Origin: Bacteroidales bacterium
GTDB lineage: Bacteria; Bacteroidota; Bacteroidia; Bacteroidales; UBA1715
Assembly: GCA_046482735.1 (NCBI GenBank)
Contig: JAWOEL010000130.1
Coordinates: forward strand, 19,796 to 83,795
Direction: 5' to 3'
DNA length: 64,000 nucleotides
Positions 48,530-58,768 of the stretch are shown in pieces; position 1 is the stretch's first letter; the number at the start of each line of letters is the position of its first letter. The position numbers and the translations under genes are program-made. The notes under the pieces were generated by a model. That model ran no database searches, was not told where the DNA came from, and worked only from the letters and a program-made list of their open reading frames with translations.

Positions 48530-49834
48530 TTAAAACAACCTTCCAAAATCAAGGACAATTGCATACAAAAACAAAGCTAATATAATTGTCATACCAATTC
48601 TTTGGGCACGTTCGAGAAAATTATCACTGGGCTTTTTCCCGACTATTAACTCATATATCAAAAACATAAGATGGCCACCATCTAAGCCAGGAATTGGTAA
48701 TAAATTCATAAAGCCGATAATAAGCGAAAATAAAGCAGTCAAAGACCAAAACCACTGCCAATTCCATGAAGTATCATATAATTTTCCCATAGACACAAAA
48801 CTTCCCAATTGCTGAGACCCCTCTTTGGTAAAAATTAATTTAAGCTGCTTTACATAATACCACAAATTAGAAAACCCCATACTTACACCTGCAGGTATAG
48901 ATTCTAATAAACCATACTCTCTTTGCTCAAAATCATATATCTGCTCAAGAGATTTTCTGTATACACCAATTTTTCCATTTTCTGATGGCATAATAGAAAG
49001 AGAATCCGGATAACCATGTCTGCGAATTTTCAAATACGTCTGTGTCTCAGCAAAAGAAGGTGCAACTTTCACAAAATCCATAAAAGAAGGTGTTGAGATT
49101 GTATCTATACCTATAATTTTATCATTTTTTCGCACACCCGCTTTTTGTGCAGGAGAATTATCTATTACAGAATCAGCAATAAAAGGAATAAAATTAGTAA
49201 TGAACAAAGGATTTTGAGTTTCCAATAATTTAGATTGTAAATCATCCGGTAAATCAACCGTAACTTCACTTCCATTGCGCAATACAGTTACTTTATCAGC
49301 CTTGTCTATAACAATTTTAGACACAACATCTCCCAATTGTTCAGGAGTTTCACCATCAACAGAGAGAACAATATCACCGTGCTTAAGTCCGGCATCAAGA
49401 GCTAAAGAATCACAATATATACCATGTTCAGCATTTTCCATAGGTAAATATTTTTCTCCCCATACATATAATATTGCAGAGTATATAATAAAAGCAAGAA
49501 TGAAATTAAATATAACCCCACCGGAAATTATCAAAAACCTCTGCCCTAATGTTTTAGAACGATACTCCCATTCTTTCGGTTTTTGAGATTTATGCGATTT
49601 ATCCAAAGATTCGTCGATCATACCCGATATTTTACAATATCCACCAAAAGGCAGCCATCCGAGACCATAAGTTGTATCTCCTTTTTTGAATTTAAATAAT
49701 GAAAACCAGGGATTAAAAAAAAGATAAAATTTTTCTACCCGGGCTTTAAATATTTTGGCAAACATAAAATGCCCCAATTCATGAATAAATACCAGAATAG
49801 AAAGACTTAATAAAAGTTGTATAGTTTGTATCAT
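48530..49834 (-). CDS. rseP: RIP (site-2) zinc metalloprotease RseP, M50 family with PDZ
   Basis: HELGHF near the N-terminus, central PDZ-like region, and LLPIPGLDGGH. The track start 49843 is a GTG; the ATG at 49834 gives MIQTIQLLL... Confidence 0.9.
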   Translation of the reverse strand: MIQTIQLLLSLSILVFIHELGHFMFAKIFKARVEKFYLFFNPWFSLFKFKKGDTTYGLGWLPFGGYCKISGMIDESLDKSHKSQKPKEWEYRSKTLGQRFLIISGGVIFNFILAFIIYSAILYVWGEKYLPMENAEHGIYCDSLALDAGLKHGDIVLSVDGETPEQLGDVVSKIVIDKADKVTVLRNGSEVTVDLPDDLQSKLLETQNPLFITNFIPFIADSVIDNSPAQKAGVRKNDKIIGIDTISTPSFMDFVKVAPSFAETQTYLKIRRHGYPDSLSIMPSENGKIGVYRKSLEQIYDFEQREYGLLESIPAGVSMGFSNLWYYVKQLKLIFTKEGSQQLGSFVSMGKLYDTSWNWQWFWSLTALFSLIIGFMNLLPIPGLDGGHLMFLIYELIVGKKPSDNFLERAQRIGMTIILALFLYAIVLDFGRLF

Positions 49835-49845
49835 TATAAACACAT

Positions 49846-51000
49846 TTAAATTATAGAACGAGCATATTGTATAGCCTCATTATGAGTTAACACATAATCA
49901 TTGAGTTGAGGATTGGCTATAAAATCCACATAACTCATTGTTTTTTCTATTATTTCGGACATTTTACAAAATGATATTTTATCATGCAAAAATGCTTCTA
50001 CCGCCACCTCATTAGCAGCATTCATTATACAAGGCATATTACCATTACGAGAAATAGCTTCAAATGCGAGAGCTAAATTTCTAAATACAGACATATCCGG
50101 TTTTTCGAAATTCAATTCCGGATAATCAAAAAAACTAAACCGGGGAAAATCTGCATATATACGTTCGGGAAAAGTTAACGCGTACTGTATAGGTAATTTC
50201 ATATCGGGTAACCCCATCTGTGCTTTTACAGAACCATCCGAAAACTGAACAGCAGAATGCACAATAGATTGTGGATGCACAACAATTTCAATATCTTTCG
50301 GCTCAACTCCAAACAACCACTTCGCCTCAATCATTTCCAACCCCTTATTCATAAGACTTGCCGAATCAATAGTCACTTTATTTCCCATATCCCAATTCGG
50401 ATGTTTTAATGCATCAGCTTTCGATATAGAGTTAAGCTGAGAAGAAGAATATGAACGAAATGGCCCACCGGAAGCTGTTAATACAATTTTCTCCGGCACA
50501 TTACCATACGATAATTCACCGGTTAAACATTGAAAAATTGCAGAATGTTCAGAATCTATCGGTATTATAGAAGATGTATGTTTTTGTAGTAACATATCAA
50601 CCAACTGACCAGCAACAACCAAGACCTCTTTATTTGCCAAGGCCACAACCTTATCATGCTTAATAGCCTCGATAACAGGCAACAATCCGGCATACCCAAC
50701 CAAGGCCCCCACAACAATATCTATACAATCCATTGTTACAACATCGACCAAAGATTCTTCACCGGCAAACACTTTTATATCATAGGGATCAAGTTGCTCA
50801 AATACATACGCATAAAGTTCTTTATTACTAATAATTACTGTATTAGGAATATACTTTATTGCCTGGCGAATTAATAAATCCGCATTATTATGAGCAGTAA
50901 GAACCTCTACAACAAATCGTTCCGGATTTTTGTCTATCACTTCAAGTGTCTGAGTTCCAATAGAACCAGTAGAACCTAAAATAGCTATATGTTTTTTCAT
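49846..51000 (-). CDS. dxr: 1-deoxy-D-xylulose-5-phosphate reductoisomerase
   Basis: ILGSTGSIGTQTL, ANKE, DSEHSAIFQC and HPNWxMG. Confidence 0.95.
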   Translation of the reverse strand: MKKHIAILGSTGSIGTQTLEVIDKNPERFVVEVLTAHNNADLLIRQAIKYIPNTVIISNKELYAYVFEQLDPYDIKVFAGEESLVDVVTMDCIDIVVGALVGYAGLLPVIEAIKHDKVVALANKEVLVVAGQLVDMLLQKHTSSIIPIDSEHSAIFQCLTGELSYGNVPEKIVLTASGGPFRSYSSSQLNSISKADALKHPNWDMGNKVTIDSASLMNKGLEMIEAKWLFGVEPKDIEIVVHPQSIVHSAVQFSDGSVKAQMGLPDMKLPIQYALTFPERIYADFPRFSFFDYPELNFEKPDMSVFRNLALAFEAISRNGNMPCIMNAANEVAVEAFLHDKISFCKMSEIIEKTMSYVDFIANPQLNDYVLTHNEAIQYARSII

Positions 51001-51015
51001 CTATACACGTTCAAT

Positions 51016-51894
51016 TTAAAAAGATATATATTCTTCCGGATTAACGGGCACCCCATTTTGCCACAATTCGAAATGTAAATGCGGACCACTGGTTATTTCT
51101 CCGGTATTTCCAATAACAGCAATTCCTTCACCAGCTAGAACTTTATCTCCTGTTTTTTTCAATAATTTTGAAACATGTTTATAAAAAGATAAATAATTAT
51201 TTTCATGCTGTACTCCTATCACATAACCTGTTTCTAAAGACCACGCCTCTAATACGACAGTTCCACCCAATACAGATTTAATTATTTCATCTTTATCAGC
51301 AACAATATCAACAGCCCAATGAGAATTTGCAGAAAATTTCTGAGAAACTATTCCGGTAACAGGAGCTATAAAATTATCAGTAAATACTTTTGTCCTTATA
51401 AATGTTTGCGGATTATCAGCAATATTTATTTCTTCATATTTCTTTACTTCCTCACGCAGAATAGAATCATACACCGAACGCTCAAACGATACATCCTGAG
51501 AGTGTTGCAAAGCACTATCCGGTTCGTAAACATATTGCGGTGGAGTTTCTCCACGCAAAATATCCTGCAACACCGCCAAATACTTTTCCTGTACTTTTAA
51601 TTTATATGCCAGAGAATCAGTTTTAATAGCTGTTTCAACTATCTTTTGCCGTTCTTCGAGTTTAGGATAATTGGGAATTACATACTCTTTAAGAGGAGTA
51701 TACGCTATTAACACATAAGCCAATAAAATTAGTATAACTGAACTAAAACCAAATAAAAAAAACACATTTAATCTCGTTAATCTATAAGATAAAACTTCCT
51801 CAAACGATTCATCATTATATATAACCAGACGATACTTATCAAGTAATTTTTTAAATCCTTTTCTTTGATTTGTCTTTTTGGTTTGTTTTTTCAT
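51016..51894 (-). CDS. M23-family metallopeptidase (membrane-anchored)
   Basis: N-terminal TM. HWAVDI and GNTGEITSGPHLHFELW (HxxxD / HxH motifs). Confidence 0.85.
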   Translation of the reverse strand: MKKQTKKTNQRKGFKKLLDKYRLVIYNDESFEEVLSYRLTRLNVFFLFGFSSVILILLAYVLIAYTPLKEYVIPNYPKLEERQKIVETAIKTDSLAYKLKVQEKYLAVLQDILRGETPPQYVYEPDSALQHSQDVSFERSVYDSILREEVKKYEEINIADNPQTFIRTKVFTDNFIAPVTGIVSQKFSANSHWAVDIVADKDEIIKSVLGGTVVLEAWSLETGYVIGVQHENNYLSFYKHVSKLLKKTGDKVLAGEGIAVIGNTGEITSGPHLHFELWQNGVPVNPEEYISF

Positions 51895-52070
51895 TTGATA
51901 ATTTTACAAACTTTTATTTGTCATAACTTGCCTTATCATAATTTAAAAAGCTATTGATTTATCTCAACACATTACTCTAAAAATCATTGTAATATATATT
52001 TCAACACATGTGCTAATCAACAATAGATATTATGTAATAAAAATAAACACAAATATACAATTTTTAATCG

Positions 52071-52730
52071 TCAATCCGACACTATCATACCGTCTTCCAT
52101 TGAAACTATTCTATCAGACAATTCAGCCAACTCATTATCGTGAGTTACAATCACAAATGTTTGATTAAACTCTGCCCGCAGAGAAAAAAACAACTCGTGG
52201 AGTTCAATTTTATTTTTCGAATCGAGATTTCCGGATGGCTCATCTGCAAAAATAATAGCAGGGTTGTTTATAAGAGCCCGGGCTACAGCTATACGTTGCT
52301 GTTCGCCACCCGATAATTCACCTGGTTTATGATTCATACGATGCGAAATATGTAAAAAGTCTAACAACTCCTTTGCTCTCAATTCCGTTTGTCGTTTTGA
52401 TTTTCCATAAAAAAAAGCAGGAATACACACATTTTCAAGTGCTGTAAATTCCGCCAATAAATGATGAAATTGAAACACAAATCCAATATTTTCGTTTCGA
52501 AAACGAGCCAATTGCTTTTCATTCATACGTGATATATTGGTATCTAAAACTGATACTTCACCACTATCTGCATGCAATAAAGTGCCTAATATTTGCAATA
52601 CAGTTGTTTTTCCTGCTCCACTGGGACCAACAATAGACACTATTTCTCCTTGTTCTATCGCTATAGATACATCATCTAATACTTGTAAAGATCCATAGGA
52701 TTTGATAATATGTTGTGCGTTTATAACCAT
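52071..52730 (-). CDS. ABC transporter ATP-binding protein (LolD/MacB-type)
   Basis: Walker [10 protein letters not shown], signature LSGGEQQR, Walker B IIFADEP. Confidence 0.85.
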   Translation of the reverse strand: MVINAQHIIKSYGSLQVLDDVSIAIEQGEIVSIVGPSGAGKTTVLQILGTLLHADSGEVSVLDTNISRMNEKQLARFRNENIGFVFQFHHLLAEFTALENVCIPAFFYGKSKRQTELRAKELLDFLHISHRMNHKPGELSGGEQQRIAVARALINNPAIIFADEPSGNLDSKNKIELHELFFSLRAEFNQTFVIVTHDNELAELSDRIVSMEDGMIVSD

Positions 52731-53698
52731 GTTGAAGATTCAATAAATGTAACATTATAAAATAATGCAATTATATATATACAATACAAACTTAAAAAAA
52801 TGAAACCTTTTATTCGAGTTATTTTAACTTTATATAAAGGTAATATAAAAAATAATAAAAGCATGCTGACTAAACATACCATAATAATATCGACATTATA
52901 CCGAAAAACAAAGTCGGATATTTCTATCGGTTTTATAATGCCGGTAATACCAAGAACAGCACCAACATTAAAAATATTTGACCCTATAAGATTGCCAACA
53001 GAAATATCAATTTGTTTTTTTATCGCAGCTATTATAGATGTAGATAACTCAGGAATGCTCGTACCAAATGCAATTAACGATATAGAAATAATACGTTCAT
53101 CCACCCCAAAATAGATAGCAATTTCAGATGCACCATTTACCAGAAATTCGGAACCCACACTCAATGCAACACATGCACCAAGAGCAATTAATGATGCTTT
53201 CCACATAGGTATAACAGGTGGGATGCATTTATTGTTGTCAGCACGATGATCAATATTTTTTTGACGTAAAGACCTATAAATAAAAAGTAATAAAATTGTA
53301 AATAATACACCAGCCTCAAGTCGCGATAAATTGTTATCAATAAAAAAAAATAAAAGCAACACCGTTGACAAAAACATAACAATCCAATCTTGTAAAATAG
53401 ACTGACTTACTATCTTTATAGGATAAATTATGGAAACACAGGCTAAAACCAAAGCTATATTGGCTACATTAGAACCTAATACATTTCCCAAGGCAATATC
53501 TGCATGCTCAGAAATATTTGCATCTAAACACACAAACAATTCCGGTGCAGATGTTCCAAAAGCAACTACTGTCAAACCTACCACCATAGAAGAAAGACCA
53601 TAGTGCCGTGCTATTTGCACACTACTTTTTACAAGAAATTCTCCTCCAACTACTACAAAAACAAGACCCGACAAAAGAAAAATAACAGGGATTATCAT
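52721..53698 (-). CDS. CaCA-family sodium/calcium antiporter (YrbG-like)
   Basis: Two alpha-repeats: GTSAPEL...[11 protein letters not shown] and GTSIPEL...[11 protein letters not shown]. Confidence 0.85.
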   Translation of the reverse strand: MIIPVIFLLSGLVFVVVGGEFLVKSSVQIARHYGLSSMVVGLTVVAFGTSAPELFVCLDANISEHADIALGNVLGSNVANIALVLACVSIIYPIKIVSQSILQDWIVMFLSTVLLLFFFIDNNLSRLEAGVLFTILLLFIYRSLRQKNIDHRADNNKCIPPVIPMWKASLIALGACVALSVGSEFLVNGASEIAIYFGVDERIISISLIAFGTSIPELSTSIIAAIKKQIDISVGNLIGSNIFNVGAVLGITGIIKPIEISDFVFRYNVDIIMVCLVSMLLLFFILPLYKVKITRIKGFIFLSLYCIYIIALFYNVTFIESSTWL

Positions 53699-53709
53699 AT
53701 ATTAATAAT

Positions 53710-54090
53710 TTAATGACATAAATCAGTTCCCCAATTTATATGACCACGCCCCCTTCGACACTTATGAGCTCGCTTAATTTCAATTACCCGCCAAATTACA
53801 TCTTTACGTTCGGCCGTTACTACATACTTATATGCCTCTATAGAATCATCTTTGATATCTGAATGAATTAAAGTAATTATATACGTATGAGATTTATTAC
53901 GTGCTTTTTTCCAACTTACCTCAACAGACTGATTATCAGAATACGGATAAATAACACGCATTAACTCTTCAGGTTTTGTAATCGACTTATCTGATGCTTG
54001 TATAGATTTATTTATTCCCTGTGGCGAAATAGTTTCATAACTCGTTCTACATGAAATTATGCTTACAGGTATAAAAATACCTATAAGCAT
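53710..54090 (-). CDS. Small lipoprotein of unknown function (126 aa)
   Basis: The ATG at 54090 gives MLIGIFIPVSIISC (lipobox). The longer track ORF (to 54186) overlaps the upstream gene in another frame. Confidence 0.55.
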   Translation of the reverse strand: MLIGIFIPVSIISCRTSYETISPQGINKSIQASDKSITKPEELMRVIYPYSDNQSVEVSWKKARNKSHTYIITLIHSDIKDDSIEAYKYVVTAERKDVIWRVIEIKRAHKCRRGRGHINWGTDLCH

Positions 54091-54109
54091 AAACTTCCAT
54101 ATAATATTA

Positions 54110-57100
54110 TTACCGCTGTTGTTGTTGTTTTCGGCTTTCGAGAATATCTTTAAGCGAAAATCCCGGTTCCACTCGACTCCACTCATATTCTATTTTTTCT
54201 AAAAATTCAGAATCACTTCGTCCAATCGCAAATTCCGCAACTCGTAAAACCGACTGCATATAACGTTGTTCTTCAGATTTAACTAGTTTTTTAAACTCAG
54301 GACTTAACGATTTAAACCATTCTAACTCATCAACTAAATTTTGCACATAAATTAATATTTCTTCATTGCCTAATTTATCTGCGTCTATTAAATAATAAGC
54401 ATATGCCGTTGTTACAACGTTTTGATCCATATACGGATATTGCCAATCAGGCATTATTTGTTTTAAGCGTTTCAAAACTTGCAATGCTGAATCTTTTTTA
54501 TTCTCTTCTGCAAGATTTATTGCCAACTGATTAAACATTGAACGAACACCAACGACACGCGTTGTTCGCTGATTAAAGTGAGATATATGTACAGAAGAAT
54601 CACCCATACCTCCCCACTGATATTTATTCATTAAATTATCATATAAAATATCAGTATCAGAATACGGCGAATTCATATTTCTACTTTTTACCGGCACAAA
54701 TTTATACGCAAATCCATCATACCGTAAATACTTTTCGAGTCCTAAATCACGTGCAGACATTGGATTGGTGAAATATAAAGGTCGATCCCACGTATACCCA
54801 TCCAAAATATCATAAATTAATAATTTATTTTTATAAATAGATGATTCGCGATCATTTTGCGTTATCTCAAAAGTAATACGGGGTACTATTTTGTTGCTAT
54901 CGGCTTCGGCAACAACCTGCTTTTTGAGAACTTGTTCTTTATCTACCGGTATATATAATTTTCGAGCCGGGAAAAAATTATATTCATCACCCATAAAATC
55001 AGTTAACATGCTATCATCACGCACAATTTCCATTGCGTCGGAAATAGTAACATGTCGATTTTTGGTAAAACTTGATTCCTGAACACGCACCACATCACGA
55101 ACACCTTTAGCCACCTGATCAGGTGTAAGTTTTGTAGGTAATGGTTCAGACGTATACGTTTTTCTCATCATTTGTTGAGAATACCAATCGGTAGACAACA
55201 AGGGAGAACATAATACCCGCTGATCAAGACCTATTTCTTCAGTTTCCTGAATATACCATAATGGGAACGTATCATTATCACCGGCGGTAACAATCATACT
55301 ATTCGGTTCGAGCGTATGCATATAATTTTTTGCAAACTCACGTGCAAAATACTTATCGGATCTGTCATGATCGTCCCAATTTTCTGCAGCAAGAAGAACA
55401 GGAATTGGCAATGTTACTAAAAACGCAAGTGCGGCACTTGTTTTACTGTTTTTGAGATAATTTTTACCAATTTCGTAGAGCCCTAATACACCAAGCCCCA
55501 TCCAAATAGCAAAAGCATAAAAGGAACCTGCATACGCATAGTCACGTTCACGAGGCTGATACGGAGTTTGGTTAAGATACACAACAATAGCAAGTCCGGT
55601 CATAATAAACAAAATAAGGACAACAAAGGCATCTTTTCGGCGTGTTCCTGCATGATAAATCAACCCAAACAACCCAAGCAATAACGGAAGCATATAGTAC
55701 GTATTGCGAGCCGGATGATTTTTTGCTTTTTCTGAAATGTGTGTCTGATCTCCTACAAACAACCTATCAATAGCATTAATTCCACTAATCCAATTCCCGT
55801 TTACAAGCTCGCCATGACTTTGTACATCATTTTGTCGACCCGCAAAATTCCACATAAAATAGCGAACATACATATGCCCTATTTGATAGGTAAAAAAGAA
55901 TTTCAAATTTTGACTAAATGTAGGTACTTCATATTCCCCACCAGATTGCGAATGTCGCTCTTTTTCGTATACTATTGATTTCGTATTTACACCTTCTTCA
56001 ATTCCACCCCAACGTTTGTATGCACGCACATGATTAGATTCCCGACTATACATTCGTGGGAAGAATGTCGTAAACTCAGAAGCCCATACATACTCAATAC
56101 CATTGTTTACTTCCTCATATTTATCACCCCGAGGCGTATATGTTATTTTTTCATTCATATTTGCAGATCCATCATCATTCCAATCTGGAGCAGCATTATA
56201 ATACGGACCGGATAATAATGGATGTGAACCATATTGTTCACGATTCAAATACGAAAGCAGTGAAAACACATTATCCGGTGCGTTTTCATTCATTGGCGGA
56301 TTAGCATTAGACCGTATAACAATCGCAGCATAGGAAGAATACCCTATCATAATAACAGCAGCAGCATTTACTATAGTATTTAATGCCCATGGATTTTTCT
56401 TACCGGTATAATACACTAATCCAAAAACACCTGCCAAAATTAGCATTCCCAGAATAATCGATTCAGTCATAAAAGGAATACCAATAAGCAAAGCAACAAC
56501 AGAAACTGCAATACTTTGAATTTTAAGAGGTGCTTTTTTATGGGTAACTATCATACCATACACCAATGCCGCTATGAGCATAAGTATATATATAATTAAT
56601 CCCGAATGAAATGGCATTCCCAATGTATTTACAAAAAACAACTCAAAATACGATGCAAATTTCACTGACCCTACAATAATACCCCACATCATAAAAGAGA
56701 TAAGCATAAAAGAGATTAAACCAGCAATAATAATCCCCTTAGTAGACACAGTATTTTTTTTGAAATAATATACATATACAATAGCAGTAATTGTTAATAA
56801 GTTCAATAAGTGAGCACCGATAGATAAGCCCATTAAAAATGCAATCAATAAAATCCATTTATCAGACCAAGGTTTATGTGCAACATTTTCCCATTTTAAA
56901 ATAGCCCAAAACACAACAGCTGTAAACAGAGAAGATAAACCATATACCTCTGCTTCTACAGCCGAAAACCAAAATGTGTCGGTAAAAGCATACGATCCTG
57001 CACCAATTAAACCCGATGCAAATATTACAAATAAAGATGTTGCTGACAACTCCTGCGAAACAAAAAACTTTTTGGCCAAATGTGTAATTGTCCAAAACAA

Positions 57101-57382
57101 AAACATAATAGTTGCACCACTAGCTATAGCGGTAAGTATATTTATTGACTTTGCTATCATTTCCAAATTATCACCAGCAAACAAGGCAAAAAATCGTCCA
57201 AGCATAAGATATAAGGGAGCTCCCGGTGGATGACCAACCTCTAACTTTGAAGCTGTTGCTATAAATTCACCACAATCCCATAAACTCACTGTAGGCTCCA
57301 AGGTTAACAAATACACCAACGTAGCACCTGCAAAGGTTAACCAACCTATTAAAATGTTATAAAAAGAAAATGACTTTTTCAT
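54110..57382 (-). CDS. DUF2723-family giant membrane protein (GT-C fold, TMEM260-like putative protein glycosyltransferase)
   Basis: LEPTVSLWDCGEFIATASKLEVGHPPGAPLYLMLGRFF is the DUF2723 signature. About 13 TM segments plus a large C-terminal soluble domain. Confidence 0.8.
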   Translation of the reverse strand: MKKSFSFYNILIGWLTFAGATLVYLLTLEPTVSLWDCGEFIATASKLEVGHPPGAPLYLMLGRFFALFAGDNLEMIAKSINILTAIASGATIMFLFWTITHLAKKFFVSQELSATSLFVIFASGLIGAGSYAFTDTFWFSAVEAEVYGLSSLFTAVVFWAILKWENVAHKPWSDKWILLIAFLMGLSIGAHLLNLLTITAIVYVYYFKKNTVSTKGIIIAGLISFMLISFMMWGIIVGSVKFASYFELFFVNTLGMPFHSGLIIYILMLIAALVYGMIVTHKKAPLKIQSIAVSVVALLIGIPFMTESIILGMLILAGVFGLVYYTGKKNPWALNTIVNAAAVIMIGYSSYAAIVIRSNANPPMNENAPDNVFSLLSYLNREQYGSHPLLSGPYYNAAPDWNDDGSANMNEKITYTPRGDKYEEVNNGIEYVWASEFTTFFPRMYSRESNHVRAYKRWGGIEEGVNTKSIVYEKERHSQSGGEYEVPTFSQNLKFFFTYQIGHMYVRYFMWNFAGRQNDVQSHGELVNGNWISGINAIDRLFVGDQTHISEKAKNHPARNTYYMLPLLLGLFGLIYHAGTRRKDAFVVLILFIMTGLAIVVYLNQTPYQPRERDYAYAGSFYAFAIWMGLGVLGLYEIGKNYLKNSKTSAALAFLVTLPIPVLLAAENWDDHDRSDKYFAREFAKNYMHTLEPNSMIVTAGDNDTFPLWYIQETEEIGLDQRVLCSPLLSTDWYSQQMMRKTYTSEPLPTKLTPDQVAKGVRDVVRVQESSFTKNRHVTISDAMEIVRDDSMLTDFMGDEYNFFPARKLYIPVDKEQVLKKQVVAEADSNKIVPRITFEITQNDRESSIYKNKLLIYDILDGYTWDRPLYFTNPMSARDLGLEKYLRYDGFAYKFVPVKSRNMNSPYSDTDILYDNLMNKYQWGGMGDSSVHISHFNQRTTRVVGVRSMFNQLAINLAEENKKDSALQVLKRLKQIMPDWQYPYMDQNVVTTAYAYYLIDADKLGNEEILIYVQNLVDELEWFKSLSPEFKKLVKSEEQRYMQSVLRVAEFAIGRSDSEFLEKIEYEWSRVEPGFSLKDILESRKQQQQR

Positions 57383-57718
57383 ATAATTATTTTTTTTAAT
57401 TTTTCAAAAATTATAAGGAACTCACCATAATTACCGATTTTGATTCTACATACATCGCAATTTTATTTATAATATTACAACACATCTATAGTTTGCTTAA
57501 TCATTAATTATAGTAAAATTCATATACTCATTATTAATTGTTTTTCAAGTGTCATATCTTACCTCATCATGAAATGCATTGTAATTCTATAAAATAGTGC
57601 AGCTCTAAAATTATCATTACAATATATCGCTAAATCATAATTCGGTTCATCATGATATGTTATAAATTTTCACAAAAATAAACAAAGCAAAACAGATTAC
57701 ATAAAAAAAAGTACTATT

Positions 57719-58753
57719 TTACTCAAAAGTATTCCACCCTTGTGCTTTTAAGGTAACTCTATCACCGGAACGAGATATCATTGATAAGCTTTTTTCTTGT
57801 TCCACAATATTACCTATAACGGCAACCCCTTTTATTTTTGACACCTCATCATAAGCATCGAGAGGTACAGTAAACAACAACTCATAATCTTCTCCACCAT
57901 TCAAAGCAGGAATTATTGGTTCTACCTCAAATTCCGAAACAGTTTGAGAAGTTTCTGCATGTATTGGTATTTTCTCTTCATAAATCTGACAACCAACTTT
58001 ACTTTGCATACAAATATGAAACAACTCAGAAGATAATCCATCAGAAACATCAATCATAGCTGTTGGAAGAATTGAATGTTTTCGCAATTCTTCAATAATA
58101 TCTTTTCGTGCCTCAGGCTTCAAATAACGCTCCAGAACATACTCATACCCATCCAATTGAGGCTGTGCGCCACCTGTTTGTTCAAAGACAGTCTGTTCGC
58201 GTTGCATCACCTGCAAACCACTATAAGAGGCACCTAAATCACCCGTTACACAGATTAAATCATTTTTTTGTGCAGTATTTCTGTACACTATCTCATTTTT
58301 AGCTACAGAACCTATCGCAGTAACGCTAATTGCCAAGCCAGTTAATGATGCACTCGTATCACCACCTATTAAATCAATATTATATGTTTCACACGCCAAT
58401 CGAATACCTTCATACAATTCCTCAATAGCTTCTACAGTAAACTTTGCAGACACAGCAATACTAACAGTAATAGACTCAGGAATGGCATTCATTGCAACAA
58501 CATCAGACAAGTTTACTGTAACAGACTTAAAACCAAGATGTTTTAATGGAGTAAAAGATAAATCAAAATGTATTCCCTCCATTAATAAATCAGTGGTAAT
58601 AACCGTATATGTTTCCGCATCTTTTTCTAAAACTGCACAATCATCACCAACCCCCAAAACAGTCGAAGGTTTTTGTAATGCCCGAAATTGGTCGGTAATC
58701 CGAGAAATTAATCCAAATTCACCTAATTCTTCTAAAGTAGTTTGTCGCCCCAT
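57719..58753 (-). CDS. thiL: Thiamine-monophosphate kinase
   Basis: GVGDDCAVL, GGDTS and PurM/AIR-synthase-like layout. Confidence 0.85.
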   Translation of the reverse strand: MGRQTTLEELGEFGLISRITDQFRALQKPSTVLGVGDDCAVLEKDAETYTVITTDLLMEGIHFDLSFTPLKHLGFKSVTVNLSDVVAMNAIPESITVSIAVSAKFTVEAIEELYEGIRLACETYNIDLIGGDTSASLTGLAISVTAIGSVAKNEIVYRNTAQKNDLICVTGDLGASYSGLQVMQREQTVFEQTGGAQPQLDGYEYVLERYLKPEARKDIIEELRKHSILPTAMIDVSDGLSSELFHICMQSKVGCQIYEEKIPIHAETSQTVSEFEVEPIIPALNGGEDYELLFTVPLDAYDEVSKIKGVAVIGNIVEQEKSLSMISRSGDRVTLKAQGWNTFE

Positions 58754-58768
58754 AATTAAATAATCAAT

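Noticed and set aside
57383-57718. 335-nt spacer between thiL and the DUF2723 gene examined for a riboswitch or ncRNA
   Set aside because: It has only short AT-rich repeats (tcatcatga x2) and no convincing stems or terminator. There is no TPP-riboswitch-like GC-rich core.
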